From NCBI RefSeq assembly GCF_000143415.4, contig NW_003314277.1, positions 62,001 to 126,000 on the forward strand: a stretch of 64,000 nucleotides of DNA, written 5' to 3'. A program made the position numbers and the translations under genes. Under the pieces are notes generated by a model, which was not told the origin of the DNA, did not search any database, and worked only from the letters and a program-made list of their open reading frames with translations. Positions within the stretch are counted from its first letter, which is position 1. Each line of letters starts with the position of its first letter. The stretch comes from Selaginella moellendorffii (lineage: Eukaryota > Plantae > Lycopodiophyta). Of the stretch, positions 23,415 to 38,205 are shown in pieces.

Positions 23415-23690
23415 CTATGTTACAACGGAGTTGACAAAGGTCCTTTGGGCTTGATAAATGTCACGAGAGAGCTGTTTCACCGTCCCCAAGCTCCAGTTGA
23501 GCACGCGATCCCCGAAGAGCGTCCTTGCCATCCCCGAAACGAGATCTTTGTCGCCATCACCGGCCTTCGCATTTTCCGTGAGTGGAAACCTCAGCATCGT
23601 GGAGGACTGAGGCGAATACGTAGCTTCTCCAACAATGAGCTTGCATGCCTTCGTGAACGTAGGACTACACCTCTTGAAAGCACCTCTCGT
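23415..23690 (-). pseudogene. C-terminal fragment of a divergent paralogue of the orphan REase-like family
   Basis: FKRCSPTFTKACKLIVGEATYSPQSSTMLRFP...DLVSGMARTLFGDRVLNWSLGTVKQL aligns with ERSFSPVIEKRRLLLVG...SSILSFP...LLVSGLLRMFFGNRVLHWTLPGIQRL. Confidence 0.7.
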
Positions 23691-23722
23691 TGAGATTCCT
23701 GGCAGCCACTGTGGGTCATTCT

Positions 23723-24802
23723 ATGGAGTCGCACGCCAGCAGTGTGTTTAGCCTGGAGCAGCCGCTGGTCCAGGTAGAGCAAGGCAGGGTCAAGAAATTC
23801 GGTGGCGATGGCGCCCTCGTGAGCGAAGAGGTGTCACAGTTCCTCCTGGGTGAGCTTCTCTTCGAGATCCAAAGGCACGGCAGCGCTTACGGCAGTCTCA
23901 AAGGAACTAGGCGGGCATGGCTACTCACGGCTTTGCTCTCTAACTTGCTCACGCGGTTCTCTCCAAAGCCCGGAGAGCTCATCGAGGGCGAGCCACCGAA
24001 ATACAAGGCCAGGGCCACCTCCGCTCGCTGCGAGCAGCAGCTTAACGGCGTGATGAATTGCTACACTTACGATTTCAAGCTGGACAAGAGTCTTCCCAGC
24101 GCTGTTCTTGTGGTGGTGCAAGGCGGCCGTGACGAATCCAAGTGGCCCGACTGCATGTACCAGGCACTGAGCCAGGCCGGCATGGCGGCAGCGATCAGGA
24201 ACTCGTCGGCAAACAGGCTGAGGAAAGTCCACTGCCTGGTGCTCGGCGATGGTTGGTGGGGCTGTGCCGAGATCCATCCTCTGGGCTACGTGATGGTCAA
24301 GCCCGGAAGCAGGATCTCGAGCAGCAGCGTCGAGGAATTCAGATGCCAGCTTGAATCCAAAGGGACGATCAAAAGCGGTAGTGCCAAGCTCCTCTCGAAG
24401 AGCTTCCAGCGCTATCCAGACAAGAAGAGCTTGTTGGTGGAGCTGGAGGAACGAGTGAGGCTGCGAACCGAGGAGGCGGCCAGAGCACTCAACGCCAGGC
24501 TCGTTTTCGACAAGATTGTGCACAGCGAGGAGATAGAACGCAGCTTCTCGCCCGTGATTGAGAAGAGAAGACTGCTGCTCGTAGGAGCGATTGTTTGTGA
24601 CAGTATGGTCTACGAGAGCAGCATTCTGAGCTTCCCGGTGGCGCGCAAGGTAAGCGCCAATAACAAGCTTCTTGTTTCGGGTCTCCTCCGGATGTTTTTC
24701 GGTAACCGGGTGCTGCACTGGACGCTCCCGGGGATCCAGAGACTGGTTGCCACACGCGACAAGGAGCTCGAGGAGAAAGTGGATGCTGTGCTAATGCCAT
24801 AG
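23723..24802 (+). CDS. Uncharacterised 359-aa intronless protein, possible degenerate Crinkler-type restriction-endonuclease-like fold (copy 1)
   Basis: Long ORF with a close intact paralogue at 59723-60802. The fold call is an inference from motif spacing only. Confidence 0.7.
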   Translation: MESHASSVFSLEQPLVQVEQGRVKKFGGDGALVSEEVSQFLLGELLFEIQRHGSAYGSLKGTRRAWLLTALLSNLLTRFSPKPGELIEGEPPKYKARATSARCEQQLNGVMNCYTYDFKLDKSLPSAVLVVVQGGRDESKWPDCMYQALSQAGMAAAIRNSSANRLRKVHCLVLGDGWWGCAEIHPLGYVMVKPGSRISSSSVEEFRCQLESKGTIKSGSAKLLSKSFQRYPDKKSLLVELEERVRLRTEEAARALNARLVFDKIVHSEEIERSFSPVIEKRRLLLVGAIVCDSMVYESSILSFPVARKVSANNKLLVSGLLRMFFGNRVLHWTLPGIQRLVATRDKELEEKVDAVLMP

Positions 24803-27227
24803 CCTTTGAGAACATCTCAAGTATAGTTACATAGTGTCGTGCTGTCATCCAGCCGAGGATCAATAGCCATGGAACAATGGAAGGAAGTTTGAGATCTTTA
24901 GGACGGTTTTCGTGTTGCAAGTGCAAACTCTTCGCTTCTAGCTTAGTACCCATGGCAACGGCATATTCTTACGAGGCACAGATGCGTGGTTAACTCTTTT
25001 GCGGCTTCAGCGCGGGGCGTTGTTTCAAGTCCTACAACTCCAACGTGAGCAATCTTTGCATTCCTTTCGGTGTGTGTGGATGCATGCTTCCAAATCTAGC
25101 ACACTGCTTCCCACTAACTGTAAGTCTAGTTCGTTTCTTTTTCCGTTTCTCATATCTCCTCGCTTAACTCTTACTTGTATAGAGCAGAGCATGGATTGCC
25201 GGAGCTGGGCCGTCCTGTTCTTATCGGCCAGATAAACAGTGAACTCTTTTATGGTTGGTGTCGTCTCAAGTCCTACAACTCAAATTGAGTTTGCATTTTT
25301 TGTTGGTGGATCACAGGCTATGAGAATTCCATTTTCAAACAAAATACATACCAGTGGTGTCTTGCCTTTCATTCCATAAACCAGTCCGTGAGGGGCCAAG
25401 AACCTGCTGAATGCTTATGGACAATATTCCTTGGCTCAGTCGACAGACAGACTCCATCAAAGTGTAAGTCTATCTTTTAGGTTGCATTGCCAGAGCGCGC
25501 AAGTGGTTGTCGTTCTGTTCTTTACATCACGGGTTGCCTGCAAGCCCCTCTACAAGGCGACAGTCCATGCAACGAGCAAGAGGTGGAAGTAGCTTGCCGA
25601 GAAAAGGTGGAAGGCGAGCAGCCACATCGTGACTGGAAGATAATCCACAGAGGAAAGAGCGGAGAGCTGACCAGCTTAGGTGAGCAGAATCCAATAAAGC
25701 TGGATAATGTAGACTCTTGAAGTCCGAATTGACAAGCAGCTGGACTCCAGATATCAGGTGCAGGTTATTTGGCTTTTCTAGAGGCAGCATCCATTCTACG
25801 GTGGTTACTCTATCAGCTTGGTACGCAGAAGCGTCTCATCTTTAGTCGGAATTGACAAGCATCTCGATTTCAATCCGGATGGAAGATATGAGACGCAGAA
25901 TCCGATAGTGTTGTCAACCGGTACTTCTCTTGGAGCTTCAGCTTCATGAGACTTTAGGCTTGGCGGTTATCAGAGAAGGGCTTAGAGACGGGTGATTAAG
26001 AAGAAGGCTCTAGTTTTCACAGGCTGTGGAAAGCTTGCCAGTACTGGACAAGATGCTGCCGGAGTTGCGTCCAGCTTTACCGACGCGGTCTGATGCTCAC
26101 GAATATGTCCATCATAAAGAATAACCATCCAATGTATCAACTGCAAGGTAAGTTTCGTGGCGATGAAATCTTCATTGCGATCTTTACACTTCGAAACATC
26201 AACTGGTGCCTCTCGACGTCCATTACAGAGCAGATGAGATTACAACGTGGTTACTTTGGTGCGCAGCGACAGCACTCAGGAGTTCCTGCAGGCGGACCAC
26301 AGCTCAATTAAACCGTTCCTCGCTTTCCACAGCTGCTCGCAGAACACCTGGCCAATGAGGAAGAATATGGGATGGCTGAGCGAGTGGAAGCTGCTTGCTT
26401 GGAAGACGAGCAGCTGAACATTGTGCCCGAACGAGGAAAACGACGAGCAGAGGTTGCTATCTTCGAAGAAGCTCAAGCGGTGGAAAACGGCTGATTGCTC
26501 GGAAGTTGAAGTAGCTTCTCCACTGTTGCTGGTCCGCATTTGAAGAGCACAAGGAGGAGCAAGAAGAAGATCTTGAAGAGACGCAATGTTTGAAGCGACA
26601 GTTGAGAGTTTTCAGAGCCTCAACCAGTTCTTCTCGACGTCCAACATCTGATCTGGTGCTCAGGGAGGGCTGCTTTAAAAGTCGAAGCAGCTCGACTCTA
26701 ATCAGGATGGTGATATCAGGTGCAGTTTTTGAGAGGCAACATCCATTCTACGGATCAGAAGCCTCTCAGATGCATCGCCACTTAAAACCAATCGTTCCCG
26801 AGCCTTAAGTTCTCGACGATGATAGCTCATTTCCAGCTGAAGAAGCGTCTGCGTAGTAACCATCGTAGAGATAGATGCTGCGTCTCAAATATCTTCCATC
26901 CGGATTGGAGTCGAGTTGCCAACTCCGACTTCGAAAGCTGGAGATAAGTGATAAGTGAAAAGGAAGGAAGCAAGCGTTTAGCGAGTAATAAAAGAAGATC
27001 TTGGGACTCACCATGTCCGTCGCCATGGAGCGTCTCAACAAGAATTACTACGTTTTCACTCGGAAGAAATCACAACGATCTGAGGTGCCGCGATGAAGAA
27101 GAGGTTTACAAGCATTCTCATGCTTCGAGATTTTTCCACTGCGCTTACAATTCATGCGTTTGCAAGGTACAAGGCATACGAAGAATTTTAGTTTTTGTAT
27201 TGTCCAATACATTCGCAATGGAGGACA

Positions 27228-29258
27228 ATGCTCTCTTCTATGGTATTACGAGGCTTGGTGGACTCTTCCTCGTCTTCTTCTAGGGCAGCTCTCTCCGTGG
27301 GGGAGTGCGCGGCTCTTCTCCGGCAATGGGGCAGCGCCAAGAATCTCCTCGAAGGCAGGAAGCTCCATGGATTTCTGCGCGACACCGGGCAAGACCAAGA
27401 CACATTTCTTGGGAATCTCCTCGTCCAGATGTATGGGAGCTGCGGTAGCACGGATGAGGCATACGCTGCCTTCTCCAGGATTTCCAGGCGGAATGTCTTC
27501 TCGTGGAACATTTTAATCACAGCATTTGCCCAAGACGGGCATTTGCAACGAGCGGAGATTTTGTTCCAGAAAATGCCCGAGCGTGATCAGGTCTCCTGGA
27601 ATGTGATCATCGCCGCTTTTTCTCGGGCCGGCGACATCGATCGGATGCCCGGGCTTTTGGACGCGATGGAGCGGCAGGGAATCTATCCAAACAGGCTGAC
27701 TTTCGTGGCTCTTCTCGACGCATTTGACCGCAGCGAGCTGGATCCATCACGATTTTCTGATGAAGGTAAGCTCCTTCACTCAAAAATCTCGCAGCATGGT
27801 TTCCATTTCGATCTCCAGATCCAGACTGCTCTGATCAAAATGTATGACAGACTGGGGAGCGTCGAGAAAGCCATCGCGGTGTTTGATCGGATCAGCAGTC
27901 CAGACGCCATCGCGTGGAACAGTCTTCTATCAGCATTTGCTCGGAACGGAGATCTCGACGCCGCAAATGCTTTGTTCCAGCGAATGCCGGAGCGAAGTTT
28001 GGTGTCCTGGAACATCGCTATCGCTGCGAACCTCCACTGCGGCCGTGCAAAGACCGCTCTCTGGTTGCTCCAAGTTATGGATCTCGACGGTGGCGATACC
28101 GCAGATAGAGCAATCTTCATCACTGCTCTCTATGCTTGTGGAGTACTCGAAGAACTGAGACTGGGCGAAGCCATCCACGCCGAGATCGCTGCGTCCGGCC
28201 TGGAAACAGACGTTTGCATCGGAACAGCGCTGATCAGCATGTATGGCAAATGCCACCGAGCTCTACTCGCTCGCCATGCTTTCGACAGGATCAAAGAGAA
28301 GAACCAGGTGGCTTGGAACGCGATGATCACAGCATACACTCAAAACGGTCGCTTTGATCTTGCGAGGGGTTTGTTCGATCTCATGCCTGGATCAGACGTC
28401 GTGTCCTGGACGCTCATGCTCACGGAGTTCGTGCAGAAGGGACTTATCCGGGAAGCACGAGAGATCTTCGATCGAATTCCCGTCCGGGACACGGCTAGCT
28501 GGAACGCCATGATCTCAGCTCACGCAGGAAATGGAGAAAGCTTGCGAGCTATCGAGCTTCTAGCAAAGATGGATCTGGAAGGATTTGAGGCGGACAGAGC
28601 TACGTTTATCGGCGTCTTAGCATCTCACTTCGCTCCATCCGAGGCAAGGTTGCTCCAGGATTTGATATCCAGCTCGGGTTGTCGCAGCGATAGCTCAGTC
28701 GCCACCGCACTTGTGAGCATGCACGGCCGATCTGCTCGCCTCGCCACCGCGCGCGAGATCTTCGATGCGACTCGCGAGAAGAACGTCGTGCTGTGGAGCG
28801 CGACAATTGGGATCTACGCCGACAATGGACTCTTCGACGCGGCCATGGAGCTCTTCTTCCGGATGTGCTTGGAAGGCGTGCATCCAAACGACGTTACGTT
28901 CGTGAGCATTCTCTCGGCGAGTGCTCACGCGGGGGACTTGAGCAACGCGAGGCAGTGGTTCTTCTCGGTGGCGACGGACTTTGGGGTGGCGTATACCAGG
29001 GATCACTACGTTTGCATGGCGGACATGCTAGCGCGTTCCGGCCTCATGGATCAAGCACGGGAGCTTGTGGGTGATATGCCGTTTGTGCCGGACAGCTGCT
29101 CGTGGAAGACGGTGCTCGCTGGATGTTTAGTCGCGGGGAGCTTGAAGCAAGCCGAGAGAGTTGCTTGCAGTGTGATTGAATGTGAGCCGGAGGACTCGTC
29201 GTCATATATCATGCTGTCAAACATCTATTCCGCAGCGAAGGACCAAATTCTTGTCTAG
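27228..29258 (+). CDS. PLS-class PPR protein with E domain, intronless
   Basis: FLGNLLVQMYGSCGS, SWNxxI repeats, HYVCMADMLARSG, MPFVPD, SSYIMLSNIY. Confidence 0.92.
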   Translation: MLSSMVLRGLVDSSSSSSRAALSVGECAALLRQWGSAKNLLEGRKLHGFLRDTGQDQDTFLGNLLVQMYGSCGSTDEAYAAFSRISRRNVFSWNILITAFAQDGHLQRAEILFQKMPERDQVSWNVIIAAFSRAGDIDRMPGLLDAMERQGIYPNRLTFVALLDAFDRSELDPSRFSDEGKLLHSKISQHGFHFDLQIQTALIKMYDRLGSVEKAIAVFDRISSPDAIAWNSLLSAFARNGDLDAANALFQRMPERSLVSWNIAIAANLHCGRAKTALWLLQVMDLDGGDTADRAIFITALYACGVLEELRLGEAIHAEIAASGLETDVCIGTALISMYGKCHRALLARHAFDRIKEKNQVAWNAMITAYTQNGRFDLARGLFDLMPGSDVVSWTLMLTEFVQKGLIREAREIFDRIPVRDTASWNAMISAHAGNGESLRAIELLAKMDLEGFEADRATFIGVLASHFAPSEARLLQDLISSSGCRSDSSVATALVSMHGRSARLATAREIFDATREKNVVLWSATIGIYADNGLFDAAMELFFRMCLEGVHPNDVTFVSILSASAHAGDLSNARQWFFSVATDFGVAYTRDHYVCMADMLARSGLMDQARELVGDMPFVPDSCSWKTVLAGCLVAGSLKQAERVACSVIECEPEDSSSYIMLSNIYSAAKDQILV

Positions 29259-29894
29259 CTAATTTCCTGGCGGCAAGCTTTCAACTTTGGAGGAGCTAGA
29301 AAAGGTAAGCTTCCATTGTTTCGTGATTTCACTGTAACATCCAATTCTACAGGAAGATAAGCATCAGTACACCTTCGTGGACTTCTGGAAGAAGGTATTA
29401 AGATGTTTTGGATATTGCTGGATTCTTGGTGCAGCAAACCTTTGACTTTCCACTCTCGCAGCCCACTAACTTCAGTTGCTAGATTTCTCAATAGGATATC
29501 GCGGTAAGATTTCTTGACTTTCTAGCAGCGTTTCCCAAGCTTGTCGGCAGATCTATGCGGTAGATCGGTCATTTTGGTCGCCCAGAAGTGGTGCAGTAAA
29601 GTGAACTTCTCATGGTTACATCTAAGAGGTAAAGTGCGTTTCTTCAAAGGATACTTTTTTGGTCCAGCACACATTTGACTTGCGACTTTCTATGCACAGC
29701 CACCAACTTTTAGCAGGCCGAGCTCTCGGTTTAAATGTTATCCGCAGCAGCAGCAGCAGCACTCTCATCTTCAGGAAACTCGCTTCACTTCATCCGGGAA
29801 AAGCTAGAACAAGCTCTTTCTTGATCGTGGTATGTGATTTCACGAGTGAAAGCTTTGATATCTGTGTTCACTAATTCGTGAAAATCTAGCAAAG

Positions 29895-31281
29895 ATGGCC
29901 TCGCGCTTGAACGTCTACGCCGAGAAGCCAATGACTATCAAACCGGCGCGTCCCACCAAGAACCAGACCATATTTCTCAGCAACTTGGACCAGCAACTCT
30001 TCTTCCACGTCGAGATGCTTTTCATGTACGATGTCCAGTCCCCGGACACGGGAGACGTGGTGGACAACGTACGCAACGCTCTCGCCGAAGCTCTCGTTCC
30101 ATACTACTTCGCGGCGGGGAGATTCAGAGTGAACGAGCAAGAGAAGAGGCTTGAGGTGGAGTGCAATGGAGCCGGGGCAGACTTTGCCGGGGCCTACTGC
30201 GATTCCACCATCGCCGAGCTGGGCGATTTGCGAATTCCCAATCCAGACTTCCGGAAGCTGCTCGTTTACCCGGTTGATGTAAAGAGGATCGAAGATATCC
30301 CCTTGTTCTCTATCCAGGTAAGCCAGAACTTCCTCTCTTTTCATTCTTTCTTTGTTCTTATCGCTCTTCTTTGTGTTCTTGAAGGTGACGAGATTCAAAT
30401 GTGGGGGATTCATTGTCGGGATTTACACCAGCCATATCGTGTTTGATGGGATTTCGGGATGCCAGTTCTTCAGCGACATCGGCAGGATCTCTCGCGGCGA
30501 GTCCATCGCGGCCAAGGCAACCATGACTCCCGACAGGACGACCCTCCGCTCGCGGTCGCCACCGAGAATCTCCTACGCCCACCCGGAGCTCATGAGTCTC
30601 CCGGACATTCCCGCGAGGCTGCTCTTCAACCCGGCCTCGTACGACGTCTCCAAGCCCCCAGTGCACGCCTTCAAGACGTTCTCCTTCTCTCTCGCGCAGC
30701 TCGATCTTCTCAAAAAGAGAGCTATTGAGGGAGGAGAGGTCTCCCGCTGCTCCACTTTTGAGGCCCTCACAGGCCACGTCTGGAAGGCACGCACCACCGC
30801 TCTTGGGATGGACCCATCCTCCAGGGCCAAGCTCTTCGTGGCGATGAACATCCGGGACAAGCTCAAGAGCCCGGCGCTGCCCGACGGCTTCACGGGCAAC
30901 GCGGTGGTGGCGGCGCCGTGCGTTGACACGACCGTTGACTCGGTAGTCAATGGTTCGCTGTCGCTGTGTGTGCGCAAGGTCCGGGATGCAATCGCGAGCG
31001 TGAACGAGGAGTACATCCGGTCGGAGATCGACTGGTGCGAGGTCAACGGGCACGGGATCATTGACCTGCCCGGCGGCATGATCATCACACCCTGGTCAAA
31101 GCTGCCTTTTGATGGCGTTGACTTTGGATGGGGGGCGCCCACGTACATCGCGGCCCCGGTCAACGACAGGCCCGAGTACGTGCTGGTGCTGTCCAGCTGC
31201 AAAGGGGATGGCGGCGTGGACGTGTTCATGGCGATGGAGTTTCACAAGATGAGAAAGCTGGAGGAGTGCCTCAGTATCTGA
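29895..31281 (+). CDS. BAHD acyltransferase (omega-hydroxyacid feruloyltransferase-like); intron 30318-30384
   Basis: FLSNLDQ, ALVPYYFAAGR, QVTRFKCGGF with the conserved intron after Q, HIVFDG (HxxxD), DFGWG. Confidence 0.92.
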
Positions 31282-32018
31282 GTGTTTTGTTTGTACAGTA
31301 AGATTCTATAATCTGTCAGCAAGTGGAAGTATTTGTATACTTTATCTGGTACAACAGCGAGGTCAAAGCCCCGCTCATGATCATCCATTGAAAGAATTCA
31401 GCTGTTCTTCTCGCCCGCCAAGGCCGAAGTCGCGAGAAGAAGCGGGACCTTGGTGGATCAAACTGTCTGGCGGACACGATTCGCTAAAGGAGATTAATGG
31501 TTTCTTTTTCTTTTTCTGACGGATTTATACACACTACAGTGACAGAACTTTCAGGCATTTGGACGGAGCTAAGACATGTTACTGCTCGTGGATCAGCCCG
31601 TCCACTTCTCACAAAATCGTTCAAGATCAGCTCGTCGCAAAGGAAAACAGAGCTTAGAGCAGCTTTTCGCGGTTCCAGAGTTTCTGGTGGGGATTGACTG
31701 GTTTGCATTTGGAGTAGCAGCAGAGGTTTTCAAGATCTGGAGCAGAGGACGAAGCAATGTATGTCTCGAGCAGTTAAGGGGACGAGGAGTCCCTCGAAAA
31801 ATGATGAGAGATCTATACTTGAGGAAGGACTCGTGGCGAAAGTGAAAAGAATCGCAAGCATTCTCGTCTTTGATGAAGAGTTGACTCCAACAGTGTTGAG
31901 AATGGAAGAGTGTCGGATGAGTAAAGGAGACCTCGGTCTAATTCACTCCGCAAACGAGGGTATATTCTTACCATTTGAAATATAAATATTTGACTAGCCC
32001 ACAAGCACGGGTTGGGAT

Positions 32019-35038
<3,020 letters not shown>

Positions 35039-35177
35039 ATATGTGTACAACAATGATTCATCATGCTTAAACCGTAATAACAACTTACTATGTGAAACAG
35101 CCATTTTCACTTCAATGGAGAGCTACAAACCTCGTACACAAGGCTAAATTCTTACGCGGCAAAAACAATGCGATAAA

Positions 35178-37118
35178 ATGGCCTCTATACAATCGAGCAC
35201 GGTTACGATCTGTGATTATGCCAGGAAAGGGCAATTGCCAGAAGCGAAACGTGTTTTTGAAAGAATGCCTCAGCTAGATACTGCATGCTGTAATGCAATG
35301 CTCGCGGCTTATTCACGATACAGATTGCTAGATTTAGCCCATCAAACCTTTGAGAGCATACCTCAGCCGAATCTCATTTCATGGTCCACCATTATCTCTG
35401 CTTATGCCCAAGCTGGGCATCTTGATAGCGCCCGAGAACTGCTTCATCTTATGCCTTTGCACAATCTTGTGCCGTGGACTGCGATGCTCGCAGCGTACGC
35501 TCGAGCCGGCTCGCTCTCTCTAGCAGAGCATATCTTTGAGATGATGCCCGAACGAGATCTTGTATGCTTCAATACTTTGCTTGCGGCCTATGCCACGCTC
35601 GGGCTCGTAAACCAGGCCGAGAGATTCTTTCATGAAATGCCCCAGCGAGATCTTTGCTCGTGGAATAGTCTACTTTCCGCAATGGCCATGCCAAATGATG
35701 CCCAAAAGGTTTGGGAGAATATGCCCCAGAGAAATCTAGTTTCTTGGAACACAATGCTGGGTCTCTACTTAGATTGCGGTAAATTGGATGCCGCCAAGCT
35801 GGTGTTTGAGGACATGCCGGAGGGGAATCTAGCAGCGTGGACTTCCATGATCAGAGCATATGCCGACGCCGGATACCCAGAATATGCTCAAAGTATTTTT
35901 CTACAGATGCCGAAGCACGACCTCGTGGCATGGAATGCTTACCTGGCTGCGTATAGTAACAATGGTCATGTAGATCAGGCAAAGAAAATATTTAATAGGA
36001 TGCCATGGAGAGATATAGTGTCGTGGACAACCATAGTTGTCGCAGCTGCCCAGTATGGGTATTTGGAAGAATCCTTACGATTGCTGTATTGCATGCCGTA
36101 CTGGAACACTTTGGCGTGCAATGCCGCGCTCGCAGCCTTGGCGAAAGCTAATAGAATGCAGAAATTAGAAATCATGATCGATTATATTTTTGAAAAAGAT
36201 ATTGTAACGTGGAACATACTTTTGACTGCTTTTGCCACGAATGGGGATTTTGAGCGAGTCATGGACCTTTTCAATTCTGCGTTCGAGAAAAATATGGTAT
36301 CCTGGAATATTGTGGTATCCTTTCTTGCTTGCAAGGGCCAATTAGAGGAAGCGAGAATCTATTTTGAGACTATGCCGGAGCAAAACACTGTACCATTATG
36401 CGCATTAATTTCTGCATACGCCCGAATGGGGCACCTAGACGAGGCAAAACAACTTTATAGAGCTGTACATATTGAGAGCACTGAAATAAAAACGGCAATG
36501 ATCAGCGCGTTTGCAGAAAATGGCTGTGTAGAAGACGCCAAATACCTGTTTGAAAGTGGTACAAATCATGATTTGGTGTCGTGGACTGCTTTTATGACCG
36601 CATTTGCCATTAATGGGCATTTTTGTCATTGTGGGTCCTTGTTCCTGCGTATGCCCGAAAGGGACGTGGTTGCATGGACCACACTGCTTGTAGCTTACGC
36701 ACAGAACGGCAGGTCCGACGAGGCACTATACGTTTTCCACTCCATGAACGCCATGGACGTGTCCGTGGATGGATGCTTTGGCTGTGCGCTCGTGGCATGC
36801 AGCCACGTTGGCAGCGTCTACGCGGCAAGATCTTGCTTCGTGTCGATAGAGATGGACTTCCATGTACAGCCCGTGAAGCTCCACTTTCGGTGCATGATCG
36901 ATGTCTTGGGGAGAGCCGGGTATTTGCATTCTGCCCAGGAGCTGCTCAAAACCATGCCCTTCGAGCCCGAGACTGGGGACTGGAAGTGCCTCTTGGGGGC
37001 ATGTAGGAGCTGCAGATCCTCCGTTGAGTTTGGGAATTTCGTTGCCAAGAATGTCATTGACAAGGATCCGAGAGGAGCTGCTGGTTATGTCCTTGCAGCC
37101 AACATGATCGTCTCTTAG
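35178..37118 (+). CDS. PPR protein rich in short (S/SS-type) motifs, with E domain, intronless
   Basis: Repeated FExMP.R.LVSW motifs of about 31 aa; HFRCMIDVLGRAG; MPFEP; GYVLAANM. Confidence 0.9.
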   Translation: MASIQSSTVTICDYARKGQLPEAKRVFERMPQLDTACCNAMLAAYSRYRLLDLAHQTFESIPQPNLISWSTIISAYAQAGHLDSARELLHLMPLHNLVPWTAMLAAYARAGSLSLAEHIFEMMPERDLVCFNTLLAAYATLGLVNQAERFFHEMPQRDLCSWNSLLSAMAMPNDAQKVWENMPQRNLVSWNTMLGLYLDCGKLDAAKLVFEDMPEGNLAAWTSMIRAYADAGYPEYAQSIFLQMPKHDLVAWNAYLAAYSNNGHVDQAKKIFNRMPWRDIVSWTTIVVAAAQYGYLEESLRLLYCMPYWNTLACNAALAALAKANRMQKLEIMIDYIFEKDIVTWNILLTAFATNGDFERVMDLFNSAFEKNMVSWNIVVSFLACKGQLEEARIYFETMPEQNTVPLCALISAYARMGHLDEAKQLYRAVHIESTEIKTAMISAFAENGCVEDAKYLFESGTNHDLVSWTAFMTAFAINGHFCHCGSLFLRMPERDVVAWTTLLVAYAQNGRSDEALYVFHSMNAMDVSVDGCFGCALVACSHVGSVYAARSCFVSIEMDFHVQPVKLHFRCMIDVLGRAGYLHSAQELLKTMPFEPETGDWKCLLGACRSCRSSVEFGNFVAKNVIDKDPRGAAGYVLAANMIVS

Positions 37119-37230
37119 TTCTAAGCTAGAGTCGATGAGTTCTAAAGATCTCAAACTTCGACCATCAGTCGTGATGGTTGTTCAATTGTTCATGGCTATC
37201 GATTCTCGGCAGCACGAAAAGTAACAAAGG

Positions 37231-38205
37231 CTATGGCATTAGCATAGCATCCACTCTCTCTTCCAGCTCTTTGGCAACCAGTGTTTGGATCCCAGGGAGC
37301 GTCCAGTGCAGCACCCGGTTGCCAAAAAACATCCGGAGGAGACCCGAAACAAGAAGCTTGTCATTGGCGCTTACCTTGCGCGCCACCGGGAAGCTCAGAA
37401 TGCTGCTCTCGTAGCCGTGCTGTCACAAACAATCGCTCCTACGAGCAGCAGTCTTATCTTCTCAGTCACAGGCGAGAAGCTGCGTTCGATCTCCTCGCTG
37501 TGCACGAGCCTGGCGTTGAGTGCCCTGGCCGCCTCCTCGGTTCGCAGCCTCACTCGTTCCTCCAGCTCCACCAACAAGCTCTTCTTGTCTGGATAGCGCT
37601 GGAAGCTCTCCCAGAGGAGCTTGGCACTACCGCTTTTGATCGTCCCTTTGGATTCAAGCTGACGTCTGAATTCCTTGACGCTGCTGCTCGAGATCTTGTT
37701 TCCGGGCTTGCCGGGCTTGACCATCACGTAGCCGAGAGGATGGAACTCTGCACAGCCCCACCAGCCATCGCCGAGCACCAGGCAGTGGAGCCTGTTTGCC
37801 GACGAGTTCCTGATCGCTGTCCCCATGCCCGCCTGGCTCGGTGCCTGGTACATACAGTCCGGCCACTTGGTTTCGTCCCGCCCGCCTTGCACGACGACAA
37901 GAACAGCGCTGGGAAGACTCTTGTCTAGCTTGAAATCGTAACTGTAGCATTTGATCACGCCATTAAGCTGCTGCTCGCAGCGAGCGGAGGTGGCTTTGCC
38001 TTTGTACTTCCGTGGTTCTCCGTCGACGGGCTTTGGAGAGAATCGCGTGAGTAAGTTGGAGAGCAAAGCCGTGAGGAGCCATGCCCGCGTAGTTCTTTTG
38101 AGACTGCCGTAAGCGCTGCCGTGCCTTTGGATCTCAAAAAGAAGCTCACTCTTCGCTCACGAGGGCGCCATCGCCACCTGGACCAGCGCTGCTGTGTGGC
38201 TCCAT
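37231..38205 (-). pseudogene. Pseudogene of the orphan REase-like family (copy 2)
   Basis: High identity to 59723-60802, but with several short deletions and frameshifts. Confidence 0.88.
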
